Assembly (NCBI GenBank): GCA_964016885.1
Contig: OZ024748.1
Location: 26,660,001-26,724,000, forward strand
From: Eledone cirrhosa
Taxonomy: Eukaryota
Direction of reading: 5' to 3'
Length of the DNA stretch: 64,000 nucleotides
The notes beneath the pieces are model-generated. The model ran no database searches and was not told where the DNA came from. It worked only from the letters and a program-made list of their open reading frames with translations. Shown one piece after another: positions 1 to 13,493 of the stretch. The first letter of the stretch is position 1, and every line of letters begins with the position of its first letter. The position numbers and the translations under genes were made by a program.

Positions 1-180
1 TATATATGCTGTTGTTGTGCAACTTTGTGTGTGTATATATATGCTGTTGTTGTGCAACTTTGTGTGTATATATATATATATGCTGTTGTTGTGCAACTTT
101 GTGTGTATATATATATATGCTGTTGTTGTGCAACTTTGTGTGTATATATATATGCTGTTGTTGTGCAACTTTGTGTGTGT
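1..180. repeat. Minisatellite, ~36-42 bp unit (TATATGCTGTTGTTGTGCAACTTTGTGTGTG with variable TA), ~5 copies
   Basis: Direct tandem repeats visible; array runs off the window start. Confidence 0.95.
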
Positions 181-261
181 ATGTAGAAGACCTGCCTTCC
201 CATGGGCACAGGCTAAAGCCTGAAGCACACATACATACAACTGGACAAGGTCAGCTTTTAT

Positions 262-497
262 CACCTCGACCCAAGTCTTCCTGGGTCTCCCAACTCCACG
301 GCTTCCATTGACTCTGAGTGCTCTGCAATTTTTTATACAGCTGCCAACCTTCATACGCATTACATGGCCATACCAACGTAATCTCCTCTCTTGCACACAG
401 TATTTGATTCCTCTTATGCCTAGTTTCTCTCTCAGTATGTTTATGTATTGCTGTTCACGTATATTTACTATTACACATCCATTGGAGCATGCAGTCT
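262..497 (-). mobile_element. RTE LINE 3' ORF fragment, degenerate
   Basis: Minus strand encodes ERRLRWYGHVMRMK and GVGRPRKTW, matching the C-terminus of the RTE ORF at 46745-48937. Confidence 0.9.
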
Positions 498-1020
498 TCT
501 GCACACAGTGCAAAATTACTGTTTGTATGCACGCATTCATACATACATAAATACATAAGTGATTAAATGCTTTAAACACTCTTTGATTGTCATTTACATT
601 GTATTTCAGTTCTGTAGTATACTTGTTATTTTAAATTGAGCTATTTACATACTTGTAACTGGGTAATATTTATTATTGTCCACATTACATATATATTTTT
701 ATATAGCTGCAATTATTACATAAATACATATATATTCTTTCAGTCATTCATACTGACTAATTCACACACATATACTCATACACACACTAGATGTGTGTCA
801 AATATATGACAACCTCCCCAGTGCTGGTGCCAAGATAAAATGCACCAAATGCACTTTGTAGAGCGCAATATAAGTGGCTCAACTTAAGTACTAATCTGGT
901 CTGTGATGATCAATCAAAACCTAGCTAGCAGGGAAAATAGAGATTAAATCGTGATAATGTTGATGGTGATACTCTCGCCCCCACCCCACATACATGCATC
1001 ACAAAACTCTCCGAAAATGT

Positions 1021-1055
1021 TTAGGACTGATGAAGTGACATGAAAATTCCCCAAA
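1021..1055 (+). ncRNA. Degenerate minimal hammerhead-like motif
   Basis: CTGATGA-agtgacat-GAA-AATT-C with palindromic stem III AATT; stem I only partly paired. Confidence 0.35.
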
Positions 1056-1454
1056 GCTCACCTAACCCTTTACCAAATACCAAATATTGTTGTATAATGT
1101 GTAGGTAGAGTTATGGAATTTATATGAGTCTTGTAACCTATGCTAACTTGTTCAATGTTATGTGTACAGTATGAAAGCAATATAATTAAGACTACTTACA
1201 GATTAATGGCCGACTCATTTTTCCCCATTTCTTCCTCTTCTCAACCTTTGGAAGACTAGTGTCCGAAACGTTAAGACTCTTTTCCTATTAAGGGCGGTGG
1301 ATTGGCAGTATCAGTAGAACGTTGGACCCCATGCTTCGCAGCATCGAGTTATGTCACCTTTTCTAGCACCTTCCCAAGAATTTGGGTGGGCAGTGCTCTC
1401 TCTGATAGGGCTGCTCAGACACAGGCATCTCCACCAGAGTTAGCCCCTGTCACA

Positions 1455-1685
1455 GGAAGACATAACAATGATGTTATGATAAGACCCTTGCCACCTATGT
1501 GTAGATTTGCAACTATATACTTCCAACTGGTCAGGTCTGCACAGGTCACCACTCCTCCATTGCCATAGGACTTTCAGCTGTAAAAATGACAGATGAGAAG
1601 ATCCCAAAAGAGACATCTGTACCTCATTGGATTATAGTGGCAGATGCTTGTACTACAGGAACACCACTCTCTAAGTTTCAGTGAT
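1455..1685 (+). pseudogene. Very old RTE (BovB-like) C-terminal remnant
   Basis: MTDEKIPKR..LY resembles the RTE MxDxRxPKxxxY motif; heavily frameshifted. Confidence 0.35.
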
Positions 1686-2057
1686 TATTGTCTGGTGACA
1701 GGCCTAAGCCAGATGACCTGTAATCACATCAACCACAGGTTTTATTTCAGTTTCCCCTCTTTTAGAAAGATACTGTAACAACTCGGGGTCCTTCACTCCC
1801 AGTGGATTTTCATTTTACCCATCTGCAGGCCACCACACCCATAAATGAGTTACAATGATTTGCTGACTCTTACATAAATGTAGACCAGGGACTCAATCCC
1901 ATTTGAAAGTCAAAAAAAAAAAAAGATTTAAAAAAGGTTTAAAAGGTTTTTAAACATTAAAAATTTTTTTGTTATCAAATATGTATATATAGGTACACAG
2001 ACAAACACACAATAAATACTAAACACCCCCACACCCATACAGTATATACATATTTAC

Positions 2058-2140
2058 ACATTTTTGGATGGCCGTTGACTCTTATGAGTTCTTCCGCCCT
2101 TTGTCAGGTTTTGTTTTTTGTCCTGCAGGGTGTCGAAAAT
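2058..2140 (-). mobile_element. Fragment of the non-autonomous retroelement family seen at 38255-38780
   Basis: Aligns by eye to 38610-38680 (TGACTCT..AGTTC.TCCGC.CTTTG..AGGTTTTGTTTTT..CAGGGTGTC). Confidence 0.7.
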
Positions 2141-2185
2141 GTGTATGTATGTATGTATGTATGTATATGTATGTATGTATGTATA

Positions 2186-2299
<114 letters not shown>

Positions 2300-2507
2300 G
2301 AGAGAGAGAGAGAGAATGAAAGAATAATTTATGTATGTATTTATATATTTATAAACATATATATATATGTTCATGTGTGTGTGTTATTGTTTAGCCTCAG
2401 GTGATCCCTGATTAATAATCCAAGGCATTCCATCCTTTTAGCAGTATATAGAACTACATTCTTCAATATCTACTGTCTTAATATATATATATATATATAT
2501 ATATATA

Positions 2508-2540
2508 CTAGCAGAATGGCCTGGCGTTGCTCGGGATTTC
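2508..2540 (-). mobile_element. Helitron 3' terminus
   Basis: Minus strand ATCCCGAGCAACGCCAGGCCATTCTG-CTAG followed by T: a GC-rich hairpin just before CTAG, the typical Helitron end. Confidence 0.7.
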
Positions 2541-2665
2541 CTCTGGGGTTCTTATATATTTGATATATATTTATCCTTATCGAGCCTCGTGAAATAAATA
2601 CGTTTGTTTATATTTTGTTATTGTGTATGCAAATATATACGCAAATATATAATTATATATATATT

Positions 2666-3038
2666 TACAGTGTGGACTGGGAACTTTTACCGTGTTACCT
2701 ATACAGCCACATTACATCGTGGACTGTGTGTCTTTTTGTCGTGACACCTACACGATTTCATTAGTTTGAACTGGATGTTGTGGTACCAACATAACTTTAT
2801 AGAGAAAGAGTGGTGTTGGTGGGAGTGGGAGGTTGGAGTGGGGTAGTGGGTTGGGGTGTGTTTGGTTTGGAGGGGCCTACTGACTGTAGGTTAGCTTTGC
2901 ACGTAGGGAAGGCGGGTCTGCTGCAATACTGCGTCCCGCCAAAGATCTTGATCCAGTGACGTTGTCTTAGAGAGGTGCAAGTGTGCAAGGTCGGACTTTA
3001 TCATGTCGTCCCAGGTTTTTCTGGATCTACCTACTCCG
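2666..3038 (-). mobile_element. RTE LINE 3' end (last codons and 3' UTR)
   Basis: HGVGRSRKTWDDMIKSDLAHLHLSK..DLWR..QQTRL on minus strand; UTR similar to 32040-32200 and 59900-60060. Confidence 0.9.
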
Positions 3039-3040
3039 TG

Positions 3041-3092
<52 letters not shown>

Positions 3093-3095
<3 letters not shown>

Positions 3096-3205
3096 ATAAT
3101 GTGAAGACTAAAATCCAAAGAGGACTTAAGAAGAGGGCTCATTTCAGAAGATCCCGTTAAGGGTGAAAGCAGCGATTCTTTGCTTAAACTTTAATCTGTT
3201 ATTTT
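3093..3205 (+). mobile_element. Penelope-type terminal fragment with degenerate hammerhead (3142-3189), embedded in (TA)n
   Basis: CAGAAGA-tcccgttaagggt-GAA-AGCA...TGCT-T-aaac; same family recurs at 52035-52380. Confidence 0.6.
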
Positions 3206-3880
3206 AATGAATATATATATATATATTCATTAATATATATATATATATATATATATACATGTTCCCCTCACCCATCCACATAATTCTTGGATCCAAACAG
3301 TTGGAATAATACAATGAAACTAAAGTGAAGAATATGAGGTAGGATGCTAAAGTAGACAGGTAGGTGGTGGTGTGTGGTGGTGTGTGGTGGTGTTGGGCGG
3401 CTGACTTTCACAGTAGCTCATTGGTGGGGGTGATGATGGTGGTAGTGATGGTTGTTGTTGGTGGTATTGATAATGAGACGAAGGAGGGGTAATGGCAGGC
3501 CAGGCCAAGTGGGGGAGATTTTGTGGGCGTGGAGGGCATGAGAAGTGCAAAAAACAAAAAAATTGGGTGAATAGGGATATAATAAGCTAATGTATAGCCG
3601 GAGATGAGAAAATGGAAAGAACGAGGGGTGGGGGTGAGAAAGAGATTCAGTAAGGGAGAGGTTGATACCATGGAGATAGATAGATAGACAGATGTTGATG
3701 GAAGTGAAAGAAGGAAGTAGATAAAAAAAAAGAAAGACAGAAAAACAGATGTAGATAGAGAGATAGTTAGAGAGAGAGAGAGGTAGAGTGGGAAAGATTG
3801 AATGAGAGATGAACTAGATTGATAGATAGAGAGAGAGAGAGGACAGGAAAGCTGGAAGAGGACCATACACACAAACACAC

Positions 3881-3919
<39 letters not shown>

Positions 3920-4607
3920 ATATATATATATATATATATATTTATACACATACACACAGCCGGAGAAGGAAAGACAGACAGGCATAAAGAGAGATATATG
4001 GCAATGGGAGGAGAAGAAGACTCCCTCCTCCACTCCCCGGATAAAGAAAGAGAGAGAAATGTATGTGTGGGAATGGGAGAGAAGTGGATAGGTAGACAGA
4101 GAGAGAGGGGGAGTAAAGAAGAGAGTATACAAGAGGGAGTTTCTAAGCAGGTAAGATAGAAGAAATAAGCCAAAAAAAAAAAGAGAAAAAAAGTTGTGTT
4201 GTTGTTAGTAGTGTGGGGCCAAGTGATTTGAATAGAGGCAGAGCTAGGCCAGGTCTGTGTTTAGGGAGTTCATGTGACACAACATCATTAATACTATGAA
4301 TGACTTGTGATATATATATATATATATAATATATATATTACCACTGGGAATATCTTTTTACCCCCTTAATTAATATTTGGAATGGATTTTAAGTAAGTAA
4401 TTGTGATTTCATGATTATAACCCCCACCCCTTGCTCTGTTCTTTTTTTTTGTTTTGTTTTGTTTTGTATTTTTTCCAGATTTTTTTTTTCTTCTATTTTC
4501 TCATATTTTCAACAAATACACTAAGAACATACTTCCAGTGTTCTGTCGGTTGTTTTGGATATTATAATAATTATTATTATTATTATTATTATTATTTGTG
4601 CTGTCAG

Positions 4608-4890
4608 TTCAAACCCCTTGTCGAAGTCAACTTTGTTTTCATCATTCCAGGATGGGGGGGGGGGGGGTTTAAATAAAATACCGGTCAAATACTGGAGTTG
4701 ATATAATCGGCTTCCTTACAAAATTGATGGCCTTTTTCCAAAATTATAAACCATTATTATTGTTGGTGCTGTTTTTGATTAGCAGCATTATTAAAGCATC
4801 TTGTTCCAAGTTCAAATTCTTTCTTCCTTCCAGGGTTGATAAAGTGAACTAGTAATCAAGTACTGGGGTTGATATAATCAACTGCTCCCT
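4608..4890 (+). mobile_element. tRNA-derived SINE family A, two old copies
   Basis: B-box GTTCAAA plus the central TTCATC..GGG..ATAAAATA.TACC.GT block and CCTT..CCAAAA..AAACCATTATT tail. Confidence 0.75.
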
Positions 4891-5562
4891 CTTAAACTCT
4901 GTATATATGTTTATGTGTACTTTATTATAGCTAGGGAGCTATCTAAATCAGTGACCCAAGAGACTGAAGTTTCAAGTTTACAAGTGCACAAAACTCTCAA
5001 GCTCCGAGTCACTGATGCAGCTTCACAACTAATAATGTAATATATATTACAATTAATGTACTAAATGATGTTTCCCTTGTTTATACAAGCAACCCCCACC
5101 CCACCCCACCCACCCCACACACACATATAGCAATTTAGTAAAATCCCAATTTTTTTGATTTTGCTAAGTAATATACTAACTCTGTAACTTAAACATGCAT
5201 CCAGCACTGACCTGACCTTCCCAGACTCCATACCATGAACACTTTATTTGTGTGTGCGTATATATTAATATATATTCTATTAAATGACCTATCATATACG
5301 CAAAATATAAACCAATATATATACTATTAAATGCTCTGACAGAAATGCAAAATATATACCAACATGTATATATACATATCTCTCTACACCTCCCCATGTA
5401 TCGAGTATTCACATGATTAGTTGTCTCTTTGGTCTCAGCACCACAGACTCTACACATACATACGTACATACATACATACATACATACATATATACATACA
5501 TACATATATACATACATATATACATACATACATACATACATATGTGTGTTTGTGTGTGTGAG

Positions 5563-5668
<106 letters not shown>

Positions 5669-5898
5669 TGTGTGTGTGACAGTCTATAAATGTAAACAGC
5701 AGATTGTTTTGTGTCCTGTTAACATCTTCCAGTCCACAATGCTAGGAGGGTGTATGGCTTAGTATTTCATATCTCACTGTATCTGAACCCCCTTAACTGT
5801 GTAGATATTATTAGCTAGTGAATTGACCCTTTCAACACCTCTCTCACAGCAGTCTATTTAAGAGAGAGGAGGCTACCTACTACACCTACATAAAATAA

Positions 5899-6103
5899 AT
5901 GTTTCTGATTTAGGTACAAGACCAACAATCTTGGGAGAGGGGAAAGTCGATTAAATCGACCCCAGTGCATTGCTGGTACTTTATTTTATCAACCCCATAA
6001 GGATGAAAGGCAAAGCTAACCTTAGCGGGATTTGAACTCAGAACATAAAAGGCCTGAAAAAAAGCTGCTCCACATTTGTCTGATACTCTAACAACTCTGC
6101 CAC
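5899..6103 (-). mobile_element. tRNA-derived SINE family A
   Basis: Reverse complement of 12296-12484 (GGATTTGAACTCAGAA, GGATGAAAGGCAAAG, GGTACTTTATTTTATC). Confidence 0.9.
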
Positions 6104-6234
6104 CCTATAGATCTTCAAAATGTTTGACTTGTAGTTTAGCATGTAGATGGTTGAGTATTCCATAGACACATGTAATTCTCTAGAAGAAGCACCATGATGC
6201 AATATGATAGTTGCTAATTAATTAATTAGTCTGT

Positions 6235-6750
6235 TAAGTTTGACACTTTTGAAACCAAACTGCCTGAACATGCACCAGGTTCTATGATAAATGTTTATCT
6301 AAAAACCTTTTACCATCATAATTTTATGAAAGAATCTTTGTTAAGTTATGTTCCAAATATTAGTTTAACTCTTTAGCATTTAAACCAGATCTATCCGGCC
6401 AGAATTCTCTCACCTCTTTCTGTTCAAACCGGCCATAACTGGCTGTTCATACTTATGGTATTTGTCTCAAAATAAATAACATGAAAATCTAGTAGATTCG
6501 ATATTATGTGAGATAATTATGTGAGGTATAAAGCCTTTACCTTGAAAATACAATAGTGTATATAGAGTAATGTAAATGTTTATGTGAGGTAAAGCCTTTA
6601 CCTTGAAAATACAATAGTGTATATAGAGTAATGTAAATGCTAAAGGGTTAAAGAAAGTTATATTCCTAAATTTCTTTAAATTTTTGATTTAAAAAATTAT
6701 TTGGAATTAATTAGTAGTGTCTTTCATTAGAAATATGGTACATGAAGCTA
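6235..6750 (+). mobile_element. Old TTAA/CCC-type (piggyBac-like) MITE family B, interrupted by a family A MITE
   Basis: ACCAAACTGCCTGAAC..GGTTCTATG at left and CATTAGAAATATGGTA at right, as in copies at 10511, 28210 and 59021. Confidence 0.55.
6369..6647. mobile_element. piggyBac-like MITE family A with internal ~61 bp tandem duplication
   Basis: TTAA-CTCTTTAGCATTTA ... ATGTAAATGCTAAAGGG-TTAA; inverted copy of 26201-26419. Confidence 0.85.
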
Positions 6751-7239
6751 GATAAGCTGTGTGAGAGGAGGAGGGGGGGGGGGGGGGGGGGGCTATTTGG
6801 AATAAGAATTCATCAATTTTCAATGATAGTCTTGTAGTTCTAAAACAGGAGATCAGGGTTGGTGCTACCATTTAGGCCAACTAGACAGCCACCTAGGGTG
6901 CAGATATGATAGGCACATTATTGTACTTTAAAGGATCACAGTTTTATATAAATGTGTATAATTTAATTAAATATATCATAATTTCCTACACTCAATAAAT
7001 ACATCACTATATAACAGTGGAGAGGATTGTATATTATTATGACCTGCCACATGATTTGGCATGGGTGAATGTAGACTGTGTAGAGGAAAATGCAGGCTTT
7101 TCTTAATTTTCTTAGTGTAGCCAGAGCAAGAAGTGTCAAAAACTAGGTTCGTCAGTTGAAATTATTTTATTTGGAGAAGAGAGCACACATTGTAGAGAGC
7201 TGAGGATGCCAAATCCCCAGGAACATATTGTAAAATTAG

Positions 7240-7735
7240 TCTAGGGCTCTAAATACCTAAAAACACCATAGAACCAGCCTAGGGTGCTAAATTCCCAGGT
7301 ACACATTGTATGTAGAGCTAGCCTAAGGTGCTAAATGCCCAAGCACACATTGTAGGGCTAGCCAAAGGTGATAAATACCCAGACACACATTGTAGCACTA
7401 GCCTAGGGTGCTAAATACCCAGGCACACATTGTAGGGCTAGCCAAAGGTGATAAATACCCAGACACACATTGTAGCACTAGCCTAGGGTGCTAATTATCC
7501 AGGCACACATTGTAGGGCTAGCCTAAGGTGCTAAATATCCAGGCACACATTGTAGGGCTAGCCTAGGGTGCTAATTATCCAGGCACACATTGTAGGGCTA
7601 GCCTAAGGTGCTAAATATCCAGGCACACATTGTAGGGCTAGCCTAAGGTGCTAAATATCCAGGCACTTATTATAGGGCTAAGGTGCTAAATACCCAGGCA
7701 CTTATTGTAGGGCGCTAAGGTGCTAAATATCCAGG
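7240..7735. repeat. 40-bp minisatellite (GCCTAAGGTGCTAAATATCCAGGCACACATTGTAGGGCTA), ~12 copies
   Basis: Head-to-tail units with no spacers. Confidence 0.95.
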
Positions 7736-8344
7736 TGCCAGTTCTTTACCTGACACTGAAATACCAATTCCAAAAAGAGAACCTCAATGTGAGCAATGAA
7801 ACTGCTAGAAATAGCAGCCAAATATCATATCACAAAAACAGGAAAGGAATGTGTTGTTTTTTTTTTACTGCTTAATCAGAACGGAACAAGCAATGTCCAT
7901 GACCCATGACACTTTCCAGGGCCTCCAAGACTGTTGGGTGGGAGAAAGGGAAGAATCCTTAAACCAGAAACTTGGTCTGCAACACAGGGGGCTTTGCTGA
8001 AAGCACACAAGGGCCAAGTAGTGGTGTTAAACTGAGCTACTGATTATGTCTACCAAACAATTGAGCCATAGCAAGCTTTGAACATAGAACACAAAAGTAT
8101 TTTAATGAACTTGCCAGCCTTGTGTCCTAAACTAGCAAATTATTTATTAACCACAGATAGGCAGGGGTCAAAGTTGACTTCAGTGGAATTTGAACTCAGA
8201 AGACTAGGAAGTGGAATAAATACTGTAAGGTATTTAATGCTCCTATACATCTGACAATCCAATGGTGCCTATCCTGAATTATGCAGTTTTAGATACAAAA
8301 CTTTGCTTGAATAAAAGATGTGATAGTCTCTGCTGGAACGTCTT

Positions 8345-8552
8345 TCATTGGCAGGAACAGTGGAGCACCGGACAAGCTTTGTAGCATATAGTTACGTCCC
8401 TTTATCTTCTGAGTTCAAATCCTACCATGGTTAGCTTTGCCTTTCATCCTTACGGGGTCGATAGAATAAAGTACCTGTAATGCACTGGGGTCGATTTAAT
8501 CAACTTTCCCCTCTTAAAAAATTGTTGGCCCTGTGTCTAAATCAGAAACCAA
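8345..8552 (+). mobile_element. tRNA-derived SINE family A
   Basis: TTGGCAG..TTCTGAGTTCAAATCC..CCTTTCATCCTTACGGGGTCGAT..GTACC. Confidence 0.9.
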
Positions 8553-8859
8553 TATATATATATATCTACTCAATCAGAGCTGACATGGGGTTAAACAGCA
8601 ACAAATATATAGAGGTGAATTAGATATCAATATTAGAATGAGATGTGTTTGTGATAGACATAAAAGGGTATCAGAAGACCTTCAAAAGATACTGAGGCAA
8701 TATGTAACTGCCAAATCTCTCTCAATATTAACCCTTTCATATTTCTAATGAAACACATTTGCCTATTATTATCAAATTATTTTGAAACTTATCAAGAATT
8801 TTAATAATATTACATAACTTTCTCATTATTAAATTGCCGTTTGGATCCAGTAGCTAAAT

Positions 8860-9045
8860 AGATGTTAACCTCTTCTCACATACACAGCGGCCATATTTGT
8901 TACCCTGTTCTCACAGATCCAATGACTAAATGGGTGTTAACCTGTTCTCACAGATCCAACAATCACATTTGTTACCCTATTCTCATATACCAAACATCCA
9001 AATAGATGATATCCTGTTCTCACAGATCCAATGACTAAAATAGAG
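8860..9045. repeat. Degenerate ~37-bp tandem repeat (TGTTACCCTGTTCTCACAGATCCAATGAC..), ~5 copies
   Basis: CCTGTTCTCACAGATCCAA recurs in tandem. Confidence 0.8.
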
Positions 9046-9364
9046 GTTTGCTCATTGATCTAGACAACTACTAATGTTTTGAGAATTTCTTTCAAATTCC
9101 CATTAAATCAACTACAAGATGTAACTATATGTGAAGTGAGGAGAAGTGTGATCAGGTCCACTGCTGGTACAGATGGTTACACCATTATATAACTGATTCT
9201 ATAGTAGTAACACCCATCCCTTATCCACTCATAAAATGGAATAATACCACTTTTTTCAGCATTACTTTTATCTTAATCTGCTTTTCAAAAATGCCTGATC
9301 TCTCTCTATTTATCCTGCTCTCTCTCTCTCTCACACACACACCTTCTCTCTCCCACACACACTT

Positions 9365-9396
<32 letters not shown>

Positions 9397-9744
9397 TTTC
9401 TCTTTCTCTATCTCTGTTTATGTAGATGCTCTCATTAAACCTTTATCCCCTGCTGGGTTCTTCCAACATTACAGACAAAGAAACACAGTAAACTATTGAG
9501 AACATGACACTGTAGTTACTAGTGATGACTGAGAAACTAAAATTAGGGCACAGCTCATAGGGATGTCTTTTTTTAAACTTTTATTTCATTAGTTTTTAAA
9601 CTTTACACCAGTTAGTGTGTGGTTAAAAAGCTTTCTTTGGAACCATGTTGGTTTCTAGTTCCATCCCCCTCTGGGGCATCACACATCATGGAAACAGAAA
9701 AAGTAGAAGAAAAATGGTGACATATTTTTGTAAGTAATATTATT

Positions 9745-10177
9745 ATTTGGTGGATTGTCGGAATTGGTAGTTAATAAAATAGTGTACTAGTAATGCACTG
9801 AGTTGACCTTCCCCACTCCTTCAAATTGCTGGCCTTGTGCCTAAATAAGAAACCATTAGAGAGTGGTGGATTGGCAGTAATTGGTAGAGTGTCAAACGTG
9901 CTTTATGGCATAGAGTTAAGGGTCTTTAAACCCTGCCAAGGTTAGCTTTGCCTTTCATCCTTATGAGGGTCACACTGAGGCTGATTTAATCAACTCCCCC
10001 CACACACACAAATTATTGGCATGCCTAAACCAGAAACCATTATTATTATTATTACAAATCCCGGCGAGGTTAACTTTGCCTTTCATCCCTACGCGGTTGA
10101 TAAAATAAAGTACCAGTAATGCACTGGGGTAATTGCTGGCCTTGTGCCAAAAGTAGAAACAATTATTATTATTATTA
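9745..10177 (+). mobile_element. Tandem cluster of three partial SINE family A copies
   Basis: Repeated GGTGGATTG.C.G heads and GGCCTTGTGCC.AAA..AGAAAC.ATTA tails, all in the same orientation. Confidence 0.85.
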
Positions 10178-10510
10178 CAAGAGAAATGTTGCCAAGGCAA
10201 AACAAGACAGGACAACAATTCAGTTCAATTGATATCTATAGTTCAACACTTGTTACAGTAGGAAGTCTTAACATTTTGGATGTTGGTCTTTCATTGGAAT
10301 ATAAAATGAGAGAGAGAAGAAATAAATAGATGAGTAAGAAAACAGGAAAAAAAGTATTTTCAAGAGGAAAGGAAGTGTGGAGTTAGCCAAATCAGACCAA
10401 GGCATTATTATACACTGATTTATTTGGACTAGTATCCTCAACTTGGTTGTTATAGTTACACAGTTTTGGCTGTAACCTATGGCCTTCTTCCAGCATCAGG
10501 ACACAAGCCT

Positions 10511-10727
10511 AACACTTTTGATATTAACCTTGTCATAACAGGCTCCAGTTCTATGAAACAAAACCACCCATTTTAAAGGGTTTCTTTTTAAATATAAATC
10601 TTCCAGCATGATACCAAATAAAAACCATATGTTAAGTGCTTATTTTAGTAATGAAATAATTAAGAATTTTAGTAGCTCCTTCAAAATTATTCATTAATTA
10701 ATTAGAAATATGGTCATGGAAGGGTTA
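10511..10727 (+). mobile_element. piggyBac-like MITE family B
   Basis: AACACTTTTGATA ... TTAGAAATATGGTCATGGAAGGGTTA; related copies at 13290, 21330, 28210, 42780, 51640 and 59021. Confidence 0.65.
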
Positions 10728-11200
10728 TAAATTAGTGAATAATACTTCATTTCAGAAATTCAGACAAAATGTATTGGTTACAGGTTTCTAATGAGTCAAT
10801 CACTAGCTCACTGTATTTACAATGATGAGAGTGGCAAGGGAGTGTCTGTATAACTCAGACAGAACAAATATCACAGGTGCTTCTTTTGTTCAAAAGCAGC
10901 AATTTTGTGAAATTCTTTCAATGTTTATATTGTTTTGCTGGAGAAATACACACACACAGATGCAACAGGCTTCTACACAGTCACAGTTTTCATCTGCTAA
11001 ATTGCCATGCACAAGGCATTGGTCAAGAGAGAAGATACTTTTTCAAAATCTCATAGTGAGTGATCAGACAGACCACCCCACCCTCTATTATGCATTTGTA
11101 ATTCAGCTCCTGGTACTAAAGAAACCCACCCGGGCCCAGGGGCATAGAAGATACTTTCATAGCTCACTGTGGTTATGGAAACTATTTGTGTTTGTGTGTA

Positions 11201-11539
11201 TCATCATCATCGTCATTTTACGTCCGCCTTTCCCTGCTCGCAAGGGTGGGACGGGAACTGATTCTGGCTTGATTTCTACAGCTGGATGCCCTTCCTAACA
11301 CCAACCTCATTATACAGTGAGTGCTGGGTGCTTTTTTGCCGTGGCACCTCCACGACCACTTTGCAGTGGAATGATAGGGACCCCAGTCCTTATCATCTCA
11401 TTTCTACAGCTGAGTAAACTGGAGCAATGTGAAATAAAGTGTCTTGCTCAAGGAAACAACACATCACCCGGACTGAGAATTGAACTCACAACCTTTCGAT
11501 TGCAAGGCCAATGCTCTAACCACTAAGCCATGTGCTTCC
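11201..11539 (-). mobile_element. Young tRNA-derived SINE family B with RTE-derived 3' tail
   Basis: Head GGAAGCACATGGCTTAGTGGTTAGAGC (A box) and GAGTTCAATTCTC (B box); tail matches RTE 3' UTR 49068-49145; (GAT)n end. Confidence 0.95.
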
Positions 11540-12093
11540 ATTGTGTATGTGTATGTTTTGTGTATATATATATGTGTGATAGCATGACAAAATATGCACA
11601 GCAGCAGGTGTGTGTGTGTGTGTATGATGTTGGTGCTGGTGATGATGATATATTTGGGGATCATTATACCTTTAGAGAGAAAGGAGGAGGAATTCTAGAC
11701 ATCAAAGCTAACCTTTACTCACATCTCACTATTTCAATGGAAGATATGTAAAGAATACAACTTATCTATTCATCTACACCTTTTTTCATTCAGTGCTGAT
11801 TAATATCAGGTTTACAGGGTCAGTCAGCCAACCCTATCACCCCAACCAAGCCCAGGCCCCTGGCCCCTCAGACAACTATTGATTAATAGGGTGTTTCAAA
11901 GCTATTATCACCCTACTCCAGCCTTCATTCCATAAGTATCTCCCCCACCTCTCTTTCTCTCTCTTGCTCTCTCTCTCTCCCAATATATAACTTTGCTTTA
12001 TATCACCCCACCCTCCTTTAGCAGAGCTATACTCCTTCAAAAGAGCACACACATATATACATATATATATATACACACACGTGTATGTATATA

Positions 12094-12128
<35 letters not shown>

Positions 12129-12204
12129 GGGGGGGGGGAACACGGACATATTTAAACAACAGCCCCCCCCCCCCCACACACACACACTCCCAAATATATA
12201 TGTG

Positions 12205-12575
12205 TCTGGAGCAATCTTTTTAAATAGTCTTCATGTTAGTTCTTCCCAGAGAACCCCTGCATAAAAATTATTAATATCTATCACTATCATTATTAAGGAT
12301 TGGCAGTATCGGTAGAGGGTCGGACGCCATGCTTTGACGCATAGAGTTACGGTCTTTGCCATTCTGAGTTCAAATCCCGCCGAGGTTAACTTTGCCTTTC
12401 ATCCTTACGGGGTCGATAAAATAAAGTACCAGTAATGCACTGGATAATTGCTGGCCTTGTGCCAAAAAGTAGAAACAATTATTAATATCTATAACTTTTT
12501 CTGTTTCTCACAGAACCCCTAGCGACCTCTTCCAGAACCCTAGGGTTCCAGGGAACATCAGTTGAGAAACACTGG
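12205..12575. mobile_element. Degenerate hAT-type MITE interrupted by a SINE
   Basis: Right end GTTGAGAAACACTG (reverse complement CAGTGTTTCTCAAC, hAT-like) with GAACCCCT subterminal repeats. Confidence 0.55.
12296..12484 (+). mobile_element. tRNA-derived SINE family A, young copy with probable TSD
   Basis: Central domain CCTTTCATCCTTACGGGGTCGATAAAATAAAGTACCAG (resembles the Meta SINE domain); flanking direct repeat AATTATTAATATCTAT at ~12266 and ~12477. Confidence 0.92.
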
Positions 12576-13289
12576 TTGAGAGAGAGAGAGAGAACACGAC
12601 ATTCATATATCTATAAATCAGGCACACTAGGAAAATATATAAAGAGAGGGGAAATAGGAGATAGGGAAAATTTTATATCTTGTACATAAGCATCTACATA
12701 CATAGCAAGTATATAAGTTATCAGTGATCCTCCAGTAATACAACAGATTTTATAGGTACATACTTAGTAGAAACTGATGTGCACATGCCTGCATGTAAAC
12801 ATACGTACATATACACACATACATCATACACTGTATTTAGCACTTGCAGGTGTTTGTTGTTGTTGATTAACTGCGAGTCAACCCTGATCCAGCTGAGCCA
12901 TAATCAAAGCCATTCCATCCACGACTAATCCATCATTTTAATCCTTTCATCATCATCATCATTGTCGCCGCCACCACCACCATCACCATCATCATCATCA
13001 TCGCCACCATCACCATCATCATCATTGTTTTAACATCCCTTTTCCCAGCTCACAAGTGTTGGACGGGTCTACATAGACCAAGTCAGTACTGAAGCAGTGG
13101 ATCTCTAAGACAAGCCAGAGGGATCTGTCGTTTCACTTATGTACAGTCTCACATTCTACTGAGTGCACAGGGGAAGTTGTCATGTCTTTGACACAACTGA
13201 GGCTCCTTCAAACCCTTTGGTTGGATATCATTCCTATCACCAACCACTATTCAGAGTGTACTGGGTGCATTTATTATGCAGATCACCAA

Positions 13290-13493
13290 ACATATCTCTA
13301 ATGAAATACACTTTATTTAAATAAAATTAATGAAATATTTTGGAGGACTTACTGAAATTAATTATTTCATGACTAAGATAACTTAACATATGGTTCTTAT
13401 ATAAGATTTTAATTTAAATAGAAACACTTTAAAATGGGTAATTTTGTTCCATAGAACCAGAACCGGTTTGGGATGGGGTGGTATCAAAAGGGT
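13290..13493 (-). mobile_element. piggyBac-like MITE family B
   Basis: CATAGAACCAG..GGTGGTATCAAAAGGG end, reverse of the 10511 copy. Confidence 0.65.

Noticed and set aside
1245-1282. Hammerhead-like GGAAGA..CCGAAACGTTA
   Set aside because: Core and stem I are too degenerate to call
7240-7735. 40-bp array as CRISPR or coding repeat
   Set aside because: No spacers and no open frame; an ordinary minisatellite, as are 23085-23730 and 30710-31030
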